From an uncultured Chloroflexia bacterium (GTDB lineage Bacteria; Chloroflexota; Chloroflexia; Thermomicrobiales; UBA6265), in the NCBI GenBank assembly GCA_963724295.1, contig CAVRUC010000004.1:256001-320000 (forward strand): a stretch of 64,000 nt of DNA, in the 5' to 3' direction. This document shows, in pieces, positions 19,528-30,303 of the stretch. The translations under genes were made by a program, and so were the position numbers. The notes under the pieces are model-generated. The model was given only the letters and a program-made list of their open reading frames with translations, was not told the DNA's origin and did no database searches. How positions within the stretch are numbered: the first letter of the stretch is position 1; each line of letters starts with the position of its first letter.

Positions 19528-20135
19528 ATGAAGCGATATCTGGCGTTGTTCGGGGCGGCCGTGCTCGCCGTCTCCTCCTCGCTGGGCTCGATTTCCGCGC
19601 AGACCGGGATCCCGGTCAATGCGGACGGGTCATACGTCGTTGCGAACGACGATGGCCAGTCAAGCGCCTCGGGTGTAGGGCGAAGACATCGACTTCGGCG
19701 ACGTCTCCACGGGTGGCGCTCGTGGAGAAACCCTCGGCGATCCGAATGCGGTCTACTCGCCGATGGTGCCGGACAATCCGGGGCCGGATGGCGGCGTTCC
19801 AATGATGCCCGGCGCCGGCGACGGTCTCATCGGCGGCGTTCCCGTGATGCCCATCCTGGCGCCAGCCAGCCGCCGCATCGACCACGACCGCTCCCGCCGG
19901 CACGGAAGGCACGACCGCGGAGACTGCTCCGGTTGATGCCGCCGCGCCGGTCGACTCCGCCCCTGTCGCCACTGACACCGTGGCGGCTGACGGTGGGTTC
20001 TGCGCACAGTACGGCACCTGGTATGACGCACAGGTCGCTTACGAAAACCTCGGAGCGACGGCGGCGGACCCGGCGCTGGTGCAAGAGGTCGACCCCAACT
20101 ACGATGGGATCGCCTGCGAGGAGATGATGGTCTAA
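19528..20135 (+). CDS. Secreted low-complexity protein with C-terminal Excalibur-like Ca-binding domain; two apparent +1 frameshifts (~19679, ~19866)
   Basis: Signal peptide in frame 1, continues in frame 2 (GEDIDFGDVSTGG), ends in frame 3 with CAQYGTWYDAQ...DPNYDGIACE. Confidence 0.7.
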
Positions 20136-20161
20136 CCGGCGGCGTCGCGCTGACTCCCAGT

Positions 20162-20195
20162 CCCCACTCCCGGCGCGCCGGGAGCGGGGATTTTG
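20162..20195 (+). terminator. Rho-independent terminator
   Basis: CCCCACTCCCGGCG/CGCCGGGAGCGGGG followed by ATTTT. Confidence 0.6.
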
Positions 20196-20288
20196 TTGTG
20201 CCGGGCTGGACACGCGTTGTCGGCTACGATGCGCGTCATCCAATACGCGGGCCATGCGCCCGATCGATGCACGCGGGAAGGAGTCCTG

Positions 20289-21098
20289 ATGGAGCGCGCG
20301 GTTCTCGGTTCGACGATCGTCTTTGCGCCGTACTCGATTGACCAGGCGCTGGAGGGCCTTGCCGAGGCTGGGTACCACGCCTGCGAGATCGGAGCCGTCA
20401 AGGGATGGTTCGAGCATATCGATCCTGATACGGCGTCTGACCAGGACATCGACCGCATCGCCGGCAAGCTCGCCGATCTTGGTCTGAAGCCGGTCAGCCT
20501 CAGTGGCCATGCACAGCTGCAGACGGATGAGGGCGCGGCCCGGTTCGCGCGGGCGATCGATATCGCCGCCGCGCTCGGAATGGAGGTCGTCAACACCTAC
20601 ACCGGCGATGCCACGACCGACGAGGAGCGGGAGGCGTATTTCGCCAATGTCACCACGCTCTGTGACCAGGCTGCCAGGCATGGGTTGAAGATCGGGATGG
20701 AGACCGACAGCAACATGCTCCCCACTGCCGAGATCGGCGTAGCAATTCTCGACCGCATCAACCGGCCGGACGTCCTCGGCTTCAATTACGACCCGGGCAA
20801 CGTCGTCTACTACGCGGGTGCAGACCCGCTAACGGACGTTCGCTTCGCGCTACCCCGGCTGGTCCACTTCCATTTCAAGGACAAAGTTGGGGGCAAGGGC
20901 GTCTTCAACTTCCCGCCTCCAGGCGACGGCGAGCTCGACATGAAGGGGATGCTGACCATTCTCGACGAGGCTGGTTACACTGGCCCGCTCAGCGCCGAGG
21001 TCGAGTACAATGAGCTTGGCTGGCCGGACTATGACGTCTGCCGCGCGGCGGCGAAACGCTCGGTAGAGAACCTGCGCGATATGGGCCTCAACGTCTGA
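20289..21098 (+). CDS. Sugar phosphate isomerase/epimerase (xylose isomerase-like TIM barrel)
   Basis: GMET, YDPGN, HFHFKD, PPGDG, SAEVE. Confidence 0.88.
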   Translation: MERAVLGSTIVFAPYSIDQALEGLAEAGYHACEIGAVKGWFEHIDPDTASDQDIDRIAGKLADLGLKPVSLSGHAQLQTDEGAARFARAIDIAAALGMEVVNTYTGDATTDEEREAYFANVTTLCDQAARHGLKIGMETDSNMLPTAEIGVAILDRINRPDVLGFNYDPGNVVYYAGADPLTDVRFALPRLVHFHFKDKVGGKGVFNFPPPGDGELDMKGMLTILDEAGYTGPLSAEVEYNELGWPDYDVCRAAAKRSVENLRDMGLNV

Positions 21099-21104
21099 CC
21101 GCTG

Positions 21105-21770
21105 TCATCTCGAACCGGTGCGCGCCTCGTCCACCAACCAGCGTAGCCGCTCCAATGTCAGTGGCCCTAGCTGGAATCCATCCACAATGCCGTCCGGACT
21201 AATCACCACCGTCGACGGGTAGGCACTGGGAACGCCAAATGCCGCCTCGATAGGCCCGATGCCGGGTTGATCGGTATTCGTATCCCGGCCGATCGGATAG
21301 GTGAAACCTCCGGCTTCGACAAAATCGCGCGCATTCTTGTCGACGTCGGTGCGGATGCCGACTCCGACGATGGTGGTTTGTTCCCCGGCGAGCCGCGCCG
21401 CATCCCAATAGGCTTGCAGCTCCGGCATCTCGGATCGGCACGGTTCGCACCACGACGCCCAGAAATTGACGACCACCACGCGGCCGTGCAGGTCGGCCAG
21501 CCGTAGCGGGCTGCCGTCGAGGAGCGTCAGGGTAACGTCCGGCGCTGGCTCACCCGCCATCTGTCCGAGTGACGCCGTTCCGGGCGCGGCGTCGCGCTGG
21601 GTCCACCAGATCCCGGCGACGACGAGCGCCAGCAACAACCCCAGCGCCAGCGGAGAGTAGCGGCCGATCCGGCCATAACCGACGCGACCGTGATCGCTCG
21701 CGGCGTCATCCGGGTCGTCTGCTAGCGCGGGTGCCTCATGATGGATTCGCGGTTCGGGTGCAGGGATCAT
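21105..21770 (-). CDS. Membrane-anchored TlpA/ResA-like thiol-disulfide oxidoreductase
   Basis: TM helix, [21 protein letters not shown]. Confidence 0.9.
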   Translation of the reverse strand: MIPAPEPRIHHEAPALADDPDDAASDHGRVGYGRIGRYSPLALGLLLALVVAGIWWTQRDAAPGTASLGQMAGEPAPDVTLTLLDGSPLRLADLHGRVVVVNFWASWCEPCRSEMPELQAYWDAARLAGEQTTIVGVGIRTDVDKNARDFVEAGGFTYPIGRDTNTDQPGIGPIEAAFGVPSAYPSTVVISPDGIVDGFQLGPLTLERLRWLVDEARTGSR

Positions 21771-21779
21771 CGGCGCCGG

Positions 21780-22298
21780 TCAGGGAAGCGTCGCAACCGC
21801 GGCTTCCACCTTTTGCCATGTCTCCGGACTCCCACCGACGAGGAGGACGATCACATTACTCCCTTGCGTCATGCGGGGTTCGCCGTCTGGCGTAGGGGTG
21901 CCCGCCAGCCGATCCGGGACCACGTCGGCCGCATTGACGCCTTCGGCATCGGCGCGCGCCGTTTCAGCATCCGGGTAGAGAAAGATGAACCCCGGCATGC
22001 CATCGATCTCGATTCCCTGCCCTGGCACGTCGAGCTCGCCACGAGGGATGAAGAGACGGGGCGGCTGTTGAACGTCGAGACCCTGGCTCCGCAGCGCGTC
22101 CGTAACGTTGACCAGTTCATTCCCGCCTGGCGTCGCGACCGGTACCGGCGCAATGCCTCCCCCGGGGTTTCTGAAGTAGAGGATGAGGGCGAGCACGCCA
22201 AACACCACCGCGGCCAGTGCGAACAGGTTGCTCGCCGTGTTGCTTCGCCGCCTGCCCGCGCTCGTTCCGGCATTGTCAGGAGTCACGTCATCGTCCAT
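21780..22298 (-). CDS. Hypothetical single-pass membrane protein
   Basis: N-terminal TM helix LFALAAVVFGVLALILYF; same strand and closely spaced with the TlpA gene. Confidence 0.7.
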   Translation of the reverse strand: MDDDVTPDNAGTSAGRRRSNTASNLFALAAVVFGVLALILYFRNPGGGIAPVPVATPGGNELVNVTDALRSQGLDVQQPPRLFIPRGELDVPGQGIEIDGMPGFIFLYPDAETARADAEGVNAADVVPDRLAGTPTPDGEPRMTQGSNVIVLLVGGSPETWQKVEAAVATLP

Positions 22299-22389
22299 CT
22301 CGTGATGGTACGCGGCGCGGGTGCGCCGCGAACAGTCGTTGCCGCCGGCCCACACGTCGCCACCGCAATGCGGCGAACAGCCTGGAAGC

Positions 22390-24609
22390 TCAATCGCCGT
22401 CTGGCGGCGAGTCCTTGCCGACCGGCGAGGTCGATGCGGTGGTGAGCGCCGTGCCATCGTCGGACACCGCTGCCCACCGCGGTGCGTGGCCCGCCGCGCG
22501 AAGCGTGCCGATCAGCGCGTCTTCCCCCTGATCCACGTCTGCCGCCCCGGAGGTCAGGGAAACCAGGACAGCCAATTCACCAAGTGGTTCCGCTGTCCAG
22601 CCCGCTTCAGCCAATACCTGAATCAGGGCCGGGCGTTCCGCCGCATCGTCGGGCCGCAGGATGATCGCGCGACGCATCCCCACCCGGTGGAAGCCGCGAG
22701 CCCAGGTCGTGAGATTGGCGGCGAGCACTTTCGGCAGCGGTTGTCGACTCCCCCGCTCCAGGAACCTCACGATCTGGTCGAGCTCGACGCCGGCGGAAAG
22801 GGCCGCTGCGAGCGATCCCGGAGTGAGCCGGTAATGACTCTGCTGGCCGAGATCGACGAGCTCGGAAAAGGCAGTGAGCGCCCACACCCGGTCGGGCGAC
22901 GGCGATTGCAGCGTGATCTCGCCGGAGGGATCGACGACAAGCGGGGCCAACGAGGCGCCCGCATCGTCCTCCGCTGGCTCTGGTTGCCGCCTGGCCAGGG
23001 CGGCGCCGGTTTCGGTCAGGCGGATCGCGCGCGCTTGGCCAGGGCGATCGACCGTTTCCGCGAGGGCGAACCAGACAAACGGACCGCTAAGCTCGAGCGC
23101 GATCACGTCGCTCAGAGCCGCGGCGCGCGCTTCCTCTTCATCAACACCCACTCCCGCCTCGCCACCCAGCCGCGCCGTTGCCGCCGTGAATGAGGGCCCG
23201 AGCAGTCTCGGGTAGCGGGCGGCAAGACGCAACGCGACGCTCTCCAGCGTCGCCCATCGTGGGGGGAGCATGCCGAATTCCGGGTCGGCCAGTGCCGCCA
23301 GCAGACGGGGTCGCATCCCGCGCCAGTCCGCGCCCCAAACGTCGACGACGCCTGCCGGCTCGCCTTCAACCCAGCGCGGCAGTCGCAGCCAGCGTTCACG
23401 AAGCCTGGTCGTCTGCGCCCCGAACGCGCTGCCACGCCAACCCCGGGCATGCGGCCCGGCGACGATGCGCCGCGGCCGCGCATCCTCGTCGATCGCCAGG
23501 ATCCCTTCTGCCAGAGCCAGCGCCTGCAACAGCTCGAGGTAGCCAACAGGTGGGCCATCTTTGCCGCCGAACCAGAGGCGCGGCGCCGCTGCTCGCAGGA
23601 GCCAGCGTGGTGGCGACTCCGAGGCTTCCCACACCGGCGTCTGCGGGGTCGAGATGATGCGCAACAAGGTCAGGAGATCCCAGGCCACGGCATCGGGATG
23701 ACGCCAGGATGGCGCTAGCCCCGGTTCGAGCTCAATGGCGATGAGCTCGGGGAGAACCGAAGCTTGACTCTCGCCTGGGCTACGAATTTCCGCCGGGATA
23801 AACAACCACCGTGTCCCGTCGCTCTTGTAGGCATGCCAGACCAGCAATGCACCTTCGAGCTCGGCCAGCGCGGCACGCAACCGGGCGACAGTGACCGTGT
23901 CCGACCCACCGAGCCCCGCACCCGCCGCCACGTCGGCCAGGAGCGCCGGTCCGGGCGCGGCACTGACGATGTTCCAAACCGCCACGGCGTCGCGACCGCG
24001 GCCGCGCACGACACGCGCCACCCTGGCGGGATCGTTGATCAGTCGTAATAGCCGAACCGCCAGATCGCGCCGCCGGGCCACTCCCGGCACTGTACGCAAT
24101 CCCCAGATCTTGGCGGCCGCTTCGAGCTCTGCGTCGTCCAGCAGCTCGAGCAGGACCCGCAGCGGAGACTGGGCGAGATTGCCGGCCGCCATCTCGTCCT
24201 GGATGCGGCGCACTTGCAGTGCCAGCTCTCGCGGTAGCAGGAGACGCGGTACGGCGCCGATCGGTAACGGCTCGTCGTCGCCTTCACGGAAGAGAATGCC
24301 GATCCGGTAGAGACGCAACGCCGTCTCGCGCGCATCGGTCGCGGCGACCTCGAGACGGGCGGCCAGCTCGTCCACGGTAGGCGCCACTGCCGCGTCTGAC
24401 GCGTCGGTCAGGGCGTCGACCATCGCCCGCTGCGCGGGGTCGAGCCGTTCCCAGACGTCGCGCATCGTGCGCGGGTCGGTCATGGCGCGATAGAGCGCCC
24501 CTACGACCTCGCTCTTGCTTTCGACAAAGAGCGGAACGCTCCACGCCTCGGCAATGCGAAGCAGCTCGGGTAACCGCCGGGCGTGCAGTCGACCAAGAAG
24601 GTTGCGCAT
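22390..24609 (-). CDS. Helicase-associated (Helicase_C_3/XPB-binding-like) domain protein
   Basis: C-terminal LVVDPSGEI...YRLTPGSLAAALSAG...FLERGSRQPLP...W; no Walker motifs. Confidence 0.8.
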   Translation of the reverse strand: MRNLLGRLHARRLPELLRIAEAWSVPLFVESKSEVVGALYRAMTDPRTMRDVWERLDPAQRAMVDALTDASDAAVAPTVDELAARLEVAATDARETALRLYRIGILFREGDDEPLPIGAVPRLLLPRELALQVRRIQDEMAAGNLAQSPLRVLLELLDDAELEAAAKIWGLRTVPGVARRRDLAVRLLRLINDPARVARVVRGRGRDAVAVWNIVSAAPGPALLADVAAGAGLGGSDTVTVARLRAALAELEGALLVWHAYKSDGTRWLFIPAEIRSPGESQASVLPELIAIELEPGLAPSWRHPDAVAWDLLTLLRIISTPQTPVWEASESPPRWLLRAAAPRLWFGGKDGPPVGYLELLQALALAEGILAIDEDARPRRIVAGPHARGWRGSAFGAQTTRLRERWLRLPRWVEGEPAGVVDVWGADWRGMRPRLLAALADPEFGMLPPRWATLESVALRLAARYPRLLGPSFTAATARLGGEAGVGVDEEEARAAALSDVIALELSGPFVWFALAETVDRPGQARAIRLTETGAALARRQPEPAEDDAGASLAPLVVDPSGEITLQSPSPDRVWALTAFSELVDLGQQSHYRLTPGSLAAALSAGVELDQIVRFLERGSRQPLPKVLAANLTTWARGFHRVGMRRAIILRPDDAAERPALIQVLAEAGWTAEPLGELAVLVSLTSGAADVDQGEDALIGTLRAAGHAPRWAAVSDDGTALTTASTSPVGKDSPPDGD

Positions 24610-24679
24610 AGGCGATCCGGACGGGCGGGTCTTGGCGCAAGTCCGCGGACGGGACCTGCCCAGAGTATATCGGGCCTGC

Positions 24680-24792
24680 GGTCTGACAGGTCGGAGGTCA
24701 GAAGTCGGAAGTCGGAGGATCGTTTCGTAGGCTATCGGCTCTTGGCTATTCTCGTACTGACCGACTAACCGACTGACCGACTGACCGACTCC
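24680..24792. repeat. Inverted 7/8-bp tandem arrays in a divergent intergenic region
   Basis: (A/G)GTC(G/A)GA units on the left, (CT(G/A)ACCGA)x4 on the right. Confidence 0.7.
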
Positions 24793-24856
24793 CGTCCCTC
24801 ACCGTGCTATACAGCGTCGCGTCGTAATGCGATGTCATCCAACGGAGGACGGAACG

Positions 24857-26098
24857 ATGGTCGAGTCTGCGCGAGCCGGCGGGCGCTCTCCCGACGTAAT
24901 CGTCGTCGGTGGAGGCGTCACCGGAACTTCGATCGCGTGGCGGCTGGCGCAGGCGCGACATCGTGTCCTGTTACTCGAGCGGCGCGGCATCTGCGCCGGG
25001 GCCTCGGGTCGCAACGCCGGCCATACTGGGGCGAGCTCGGGGATGCACGCGGCGCCGAGGACCGTCCGTGCTCTGCATGCCATAACCACCGCGAATCTTC
25101 GGCTCCTGAAAACGCTCCACGACGAACTGGATAGGGATTTCGAGCTCAGGCTCCCGGGGAGCATGGACGTGCTCACCACCCCCGAGCAACTGGCGCACGC
25201 CAAAGAGACGGTCGTCACGAAGCACGACGCTGGCAGCGACGTCGAGCTGCTCGATGGCGAGACCGCCCGCGCGATCATGCCCTCGCTCTCATCCCGCATC
25301 CTGGGCGCCACGTATGCACGAGACCGGGGGCACCTCTGGCCGTTCGCGCTCGTCACCGGCATGGCTGACGCCGCCGCCCGAGCAGGGGCCGAGATCCGCA
25401 TCGGAGCGCGCGTCCAACGCCTGGCCCGTTCCGGCGATCGAGTCACCGGAGTCGTGGTCGATGGCGCAACGATCCACGCGACTGACGTGGTCCTGGCCAC
25501 CAACGCCTGGACACCGCAGCTCCTGCCCGAGCTTCCCGACGGGGCTCTCGTGCCGGCGCGGGGACAGATCCTGGTCACCCAACCGCTGCCACCGCTCCTG
25601 GCCTGCCCATTCGGGACGAACTTCGACAAGGAGTACGGCCGGCAGACGCCCGGTGGTCAGATCGTGTGCGGCGGGTACCGGCGGCTCGATGTCGGCGAGG
25701 GACTGGGAACGTACCGCGAAGACGTGACGCTTCCCGTGTTGGCCGGGATCGCTCGCTGCCTGAGCGATCTCTTCCCCATCCTGCGCGACAAGGCGCGGGT
25801 GGTGCGAGCCTGGTCCGGCATCATGGGGTTCACGGCCGATGGACTGCCGCTGATCGGCCGCTATGAACCGGCTCCGGGACTGACCATCGCCGCCGGATTC
25901 AACGGCGGCGGCTTCTCCTGGGGGGTCATCGTCGGCAAGGTCATCGCCAGTCTGCTGAGCGGGCAGGAGCCGGAATTCGACATCGCCCCGTTCCGCCCAG
26001 CGCGCTTCCTCGACGGCGACGTCGCCTGGGCAAATCCGTTCACCGCCGGGGAGAAGAACAACCCACGCCCGGCGCTTGCGCTCATCGACCAGGCCTGA
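24857..26098 (+). CDS. FAD-dependent oxidoreductase (DAO/sarcosine oxidase family)
   Basis: VVGGGVTG, GASGRNAG, WSGIMGFTADGLPLIG, GFNGGG. Confidence 0.92.
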   Translation: MVESARAGGRSPDVIVVGGGVTGTSIAWRLAQARHRVLLLERRGICAGASGRNAGHTGASSGMHAAPRTVRALHAITTANLRLLKTLHDELDRDFELRLPGSMDVLTTPEQLAHAKETVVTKHDAGSDVELLDGETARAIMPSLSSRILGATYARDRGHLWPFALVTGMADAAARAGAEIRIGARVQRLARSGDRVTGVVVDGATIHATDVVLATNAWTPQLLPELPDGALVPARGQILVTQPLPPLLACPFGTNFDKEYGRQTPGGQIVCGGYRRLDVGEGLGTYREDVTLPVLAGIARCLSDLFPILRDKARVVRAWSGIMGFTADGLPLIGRYEPAPGLTIAAGFNGGGFSWGVIVGKVIASLLSGQEPEFDIAPFRPARFLDGDVAWANPFTAGEKNNPRPALALIDQA

Positions 26099-26113
26099 AC
26101 GGAGACCGACAAC

Positions 26114-26941
26114 ATGGACTCGACGGAGCCGACGCCGCTGGAAACTGGGTGGCTGCCAACCACCCCCGTCGGCGATACCTACCTGCGCCGGTTTCTGCAC
26201 AACTGGGCAGGGATGTGTGCCGCCACAGCCCGCGCGCTCGGTGGCCACAGCCGGGATCTGCCGGCGGTGCTCATGGCCGATAGCGGCCGTCCGGTGGTTT
26301 TCTTCAACTGTGCGACGCTGATGCAACCGCTGGCGACGCAAACCGTGACGGACACACTCGACGAGATCGCCGCGTTCTTCGCTTTCGCCGATTCTTCACG
26401 CCCGGCAGAGGTACTTCTTGCCTCCGCCTGGCCAACCGGGGATCTGCGCCCATCTGGCTGGAATCTGATGGGGCACCCGCCGATCTTGCTTCAGCCGGCC
26501 GGGGCGGTGTCACGACCAGCTCCGCCCGACGTCGATATCCAGGAAGTGCGCGACCTGGAAGCACTGCACGCCTGGGAACGTGTCGTCATCGATGGGTATC
26601 CACTGGACGGTCTCGCCGGCGCCCCTGCCGGCACTGTCACTGCGGAAAGCTGGCTCGACGAGCCTCGATTGCGATTGTGGGTCGGCTGGGTGGGGAATCG
26701 CCCGGTCAGCGCATCATCGGCCTGGACCGAGCACGGCATCAACGATGTCACCCTGGTCGCGACGATCCCCGACGCCCGGGGGCGCGGCTATGGCGAAGCG
26801 CTCACCTGGCATGCGGCGCGGGCCGATCCCTCCTTGCCGGCGATGCTCCTCTCCTCGGACGCTGGCCGGTCTATCTACGAGCGGATGGGCTTTCTGCCCT
26901 TGCAGCGCATCACGCTCTGGTACCGAACACGGCCAGGCTGA
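26114..26941 (+). CDS. GNAT family N-acetyltransferase
   Basis: VATIPDARGRGYG, SSDAGRSIYERMGF. Confidence 0.85.
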   Translation: MDSTEPTPLETGWLPTTPVGDTYLRRFLHNWAGMCAATARALGGHSRDLPAVLMADSGRPVVFFNCATLMQPLATQTVTDTLDEIAAFFAFADSSRPAEVLLASAWPTGDLRPSGWNLMGHPPILLQPAGAVSRPAPPDVDIQEVRDLEALHAWERVVIDGYPLDGLAGAPAGTVTAESWLDEPRLRLWVGWVGNRPVSASSAWTEHGINDVTLVATIPDARGRGYGEALTWHAARADPSLPAMLLSSDAGRSIYERMGFLPLQRITLWYRTRPG

Positions 26942-27029
26942 GTAACGCGTTGTCTCAGCCCTGAGACGTCTCAGCCGCACCGCGTCGCCCCTACCCCGCT
27001 CGACCCCGTCTAGCGTCTGCCGTCCCCGC

Positions 27030-28154
27030 CTACCCTGCCGGCCGCGCCTGCATCAGCCGGATCATCGGCTTGCGCGGTTTCGTCGCCGCGTCGCGGGCGA
27101 GCTGGATGGCGACAGCCTCGGCCAGATGCTCGAAAGCTTTGGCGGTCACCGAGTCCGGATGCGCCGCCACGATCGGGCTGCCCGTGTCACCGCCCTCCCG
27201 AACGCTCGGGTCGATGGGAACTTCGCCGAGGAACGGCACGCCGTGTTCCTCCGCCGTGCGCCGCCCACCCCCTTCGCCGAAGATCGGGGTGACGGTACCG
27301 CAGCAGGGGCAGACGAACCCACTCATGTTCTCGATGATGCCGACGACCGGCGTCTTCACCTCCTGGAACATCTTCAGACCCTTGACCGCATCGGCCAGGG
27401 CCACGTCCTGCGGCGTGGTGACGATGACCGCCCCGGAGAGGGGAATCTTCTGCGTCAGCGTCAACTGGACGTCGCCAGTGCCCGGCGGCAAGTCGATCAC
27501 CAGGTAGTCGAGATCCTCCCAGAGGACGTCATTCAGGAACTGGGTGATCAGTTGCGCAACCAGCGGACCCCGCCAGATAAGAGCCTTGTCGGGATCGAGC
27601 AGGAACCCGATGCTCATGATCTTCACGCCGTGCGCCTCGAGCGGCACGATCTTGCCACCGCGCACCAGCGGCTTCGCACCTTGCCCCATCATCAGCGGGA
27701 TGCTGGGACCGTAGACGTCGGCGTCGAGCAGTCCAACTTTCGCGCCGGCCTTGCTCAGCGCCACCGCCAGATTCGCCGCCACCGTCGACTTGCCGACGCC
27801 GCCCTTCCCGGACGCGACCGCGATCGTGTTGCGCACCCCCGCGATCGGGTCGGCATCGGCCTTGCCCGAACCGGACGGCCGGACACGGGTGTGAAATGTC
27901 ACCTCCACCGTCTCCACGCCCGGAATCTCCTGGGCGGCGGCTTTCAGTTGTTGTTCGATCGCGTCACGGTAGGGCGCAATCGGAGAGAGCAGCTCGACGA
28001 TCAGGTTGACGCGGCTGCCCTCGATCTCGACCGCGGGAATCATGCGCAATTCGACCAGACTGCGGCCGATGGCCGGCTCCTGGACACCGGAGACCGCTTC
28101 CAGGACGCGCTCCTTGGTCAGCTCATTCCCCACTGGGGGTTGTGTAATCGACAC
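27030..28154 (-). CDS. mrp: Mrp/NBP35 (ApbC) Fe-S cluster carrier ATPase
   Basis: N-terminal DUF59-like domain, GKGGVGKST, DADVYGPS, DLPPGTGD, ENMS.F.CPCC. Confidence 0.95.
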   Translation of the reverse strand: MSITQPPVGNELTKERVLEAVSGVQEPAIGRSLVELRMIPAVEIEGSRVNLIVELLSPIAPYRDAIEQQLKAAAQEIPGVETVEVTFHTRVRPSGSGKADADPIAGVRNTIAVASGKGGVGKSTVAANLAVALSKAGAKVGLLDADVYGPSIPLMMGQGAKPLVRGGKIVPLEAHGVKIMSIGFLLDPDKALIWRGPLVAQLITQFLNDVLWEDLDYLVIDLPPGTGDVQLTLTQKIPLSGAVIVTTPQDVALADAVKGLKMFQEVKTPVVGIIENMSGFVCPCCGTVTPIFGEGGGRRTAEEHGVPFLGEVPIDPSVREGGDTGSPIVAAHPDSVTAKAFEHLAEAVAIQLARDAATKPRKPMIRLMQARPAG

Positions 28155-28363
28155 CGGGGAGATCTCAACTTTCTAGGTTCTCGGATTGAGTAGCGCGGAG
28201 CGTTACCCGGACTATGTTCCACAGAGACGATACTCCACGCGCGCGTGCCGGTGTCAGCGGCGAATTGCCCGTTGCGTACCGGCCATGCCGTCTCGCACAA
28301 TCGTCAGGTTGCGACCGGCACGACACGAGGATTCGCAGGGACAAGGACTAGGGCAAGAACACG

Positions 28364-29176
28364 ATGGTGACAAGCGAAATGGATCAGGACGCGGCGCCGA
28401 GCGAGCCATCGGCGGCGATTGACGCCGAGGCCATCCAGGTCGCGCGGGATGCCGCCGAGACGAGCGACGAGCCAACCGGTCCCAAGAAGATCGCGGTGGT
28501 CATGGCCCACCCGGATGACGCGGAGTTCATCTGCGCCGGGACCATCGCCCGCTGGACCGACGAGGGGCACGAGGTCGTCTATGTCCTGCTCACGTCCGGA
28601 GACAAGGGCAGCGACGACCCGGAGATGACGCCGGAGAGGCTCGCCGCGACGCGGGAGGCGGAGCAGCGAGAAGCAGCGCGTATCCTCGGGGCCAGAGACG
28701 TCATTTTCATGAGATGTCCCGATGGTGAGCTGGAGCCCAACCTCCAGTTGCGGCGCGAGATCGTGCGCGTCATTCGCCGGTTGAAACCCGATGTCGTCGT
28801 CTGCCAGGACCCGACCGTGCGCTGGGTAGACACCCAGTACATCAACCACCCCGATCACCGCGCCGCGGGCGAGGCGACCCTCGCCGCTGTCTTTCCGGCC
28901 GCCCGTGATCGCATGAACTTTCCCGAGCTCCTCGCCGAGGGACTCGAACCGCACAAGGTGCGCGAGATTTATCTCGCCGGCGCCCAGACCCCGGATGTGG
29001 CGATCGACATCACGGCGTACATCGAGCGCAAGATGGAATCTCTGCGCGCTCATGTTTCCCAGATGGGCGACTGGGACCCCGAGCCCATGGTCCGCGAGTG
29101 GGCCAAAGAGACCGCGGAGCAGCACCCTGGCAACGGGGATTATGTCGAGAGTTTCAAGTATTTCAAGCTCGACTGA
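28364..29176 (+). CDS. PIG-L family deacetylase
   Basis: AHPDDAE, HPDH, AHVSQ. Confidence 0.92.
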   Translation: MVTSEMDQDAAPSEPSAAIDAEAIQVARDAAETSDEPTGPKKIAVVMAHPDDAEFICAGTIARWTDEGHEVVYVLLTSGDKGSDDPEMTPERLAATREAEQREAARILGARDVIFMRCPDGELEPNLQLRREIVRVIRRLKPDVVVCQDPTVRWVDTQYINHPDHRAAGEATLAAVFPAARDRMNFPELLAEGLEPHKVREIYLAGAQTPDVAIDITAYIERKMESLRAHVSQMGDWDPEPMVREWAKETAEQHPGNGDYVESFKYFKLD

Positions 29177-29239
29177 CCCGGTGCCATACTACGGACCAAT
29201 CGTGATTTCAGGTTGACCGCGTCCGAGGGAGATTGATTC

Positions 29240-30193
29240 ATGGCAGGCCCGAGCCCGATGCTGGATTACGCCTACTTCGAGGGCAACATCGTTCCCTTCG
29301 CTGACGCCAAGATCAGCGTCGGCACGCACGCCGTGCAATATGGCACGGGCGCGTTCGCCGGCATCCGTGGCTACCTCGACCAGGATGGTGAGACGATCAA
29401 CATCTTCCGCCTGCCGGAGCATGCGGCGCGGCTGCTCAACTCGGCCAAGCTCCTGCGCGCCCGTCTCCCCTTCACCCGGGAGAGCCTCGCCCAGACGATC
29501 GTGGCTCTGGTCGAGAAGAACGCTCCGACTGGAGACGTTTACATCCGCCCTTTCGTCTACAAATCCTCCGTGCAGCTGACACCGCGTCTCATCGGGCTCG
29601 ACGACGAGCTGGCAATCTACATGCTCCAGCTCGGCGATTACCTCGACACCGTTTCAGGCGTCAAGGCCTCCGTCTCCTCCTGGCATCGGGTCCCCGACAA
29701 CGCCGTGCCGGGACGGGGCAAGCTCTCCGGCGCCTATATCAACTCCGCGCTAGCCAAGGATGAGGCCGAGGAAAAGGGGGCCGACGAGGCTATCCTGCTC
29801 GACCAGCACGGGCACGTCGCCGAGGGGAGCGGCTGCAACCTCTTCCTGGTGCGGGACGGTTCGCTCGTCACGGCGCCCATCACCGGCGACATCCTGGAAG
29901 GGATCACTCGCCGCACGATGATGCAGTTTGCCCACGACGAAGGAATCTCGATCCAGGAGCGCGATATCGACCGCTCCGAGCTCTACATCGTCGACGAGGC
30001 GTTCTTCTGCGGCACCGGCGTCCAGATCGCCCCGATCGCCAGCATCGACGGACGCCCGGTCGGCGACGGCATCCCCGGTCCAATAACCATGCGCCTGAGG
30101 GAGCTCTTTTTCGACACCGTCCGCGGCCGCAATCCGAACTACGCGCACTATCTGACCCGAGTACGGGCAAGGGTTGCGTCGCCCGCGGATTGA
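29240..30193 (+). CDS. ilvE: Branched-chain amino acid aminotransferase
   Basis: YG.G.F.GIR, YIRP, K.SGAYINS, EGSGCN, ILEGITR, FFCGT. Confidence 0.9.
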   Translation: MAGPSPMLDYAYFEGNIVPFADAKISVGTHAVQYGTGAFAGIRGYLDQDGETINIFRLPEHAARLLNSAKLLRARLPFTRESLAQTIVALVEKNAPTGDVYIRPFVYKSSVQLTPRLIGLDDELAIYMLQLGDYLDTVSGVKASVSSWHRVPDNAVPGRGKLSGAYINSALAKDEAEEKGADEAILLDQHGHVAEGSGCNLFLVRDGSLVTAPITGDILEGITRRTMMQFAHDEGISIQERDIDRSELYIVDEAFFCGTGVQIAPIASIDGRPVGDGIPGPITMRLRELFFDTVRGRNPNYAHYLTRVRARVASPAD

Positions 30194-30303
30194 CGCAGAC
30201 GCCGGTTCAACCCCGATCACAGCTCCAACACTACCCACACCTGCCCTATCTTCCTGATCGGGAGGAACGGGAGGTTGAGGGTAATGGCTGACGTCAGGTC
30301 CAG

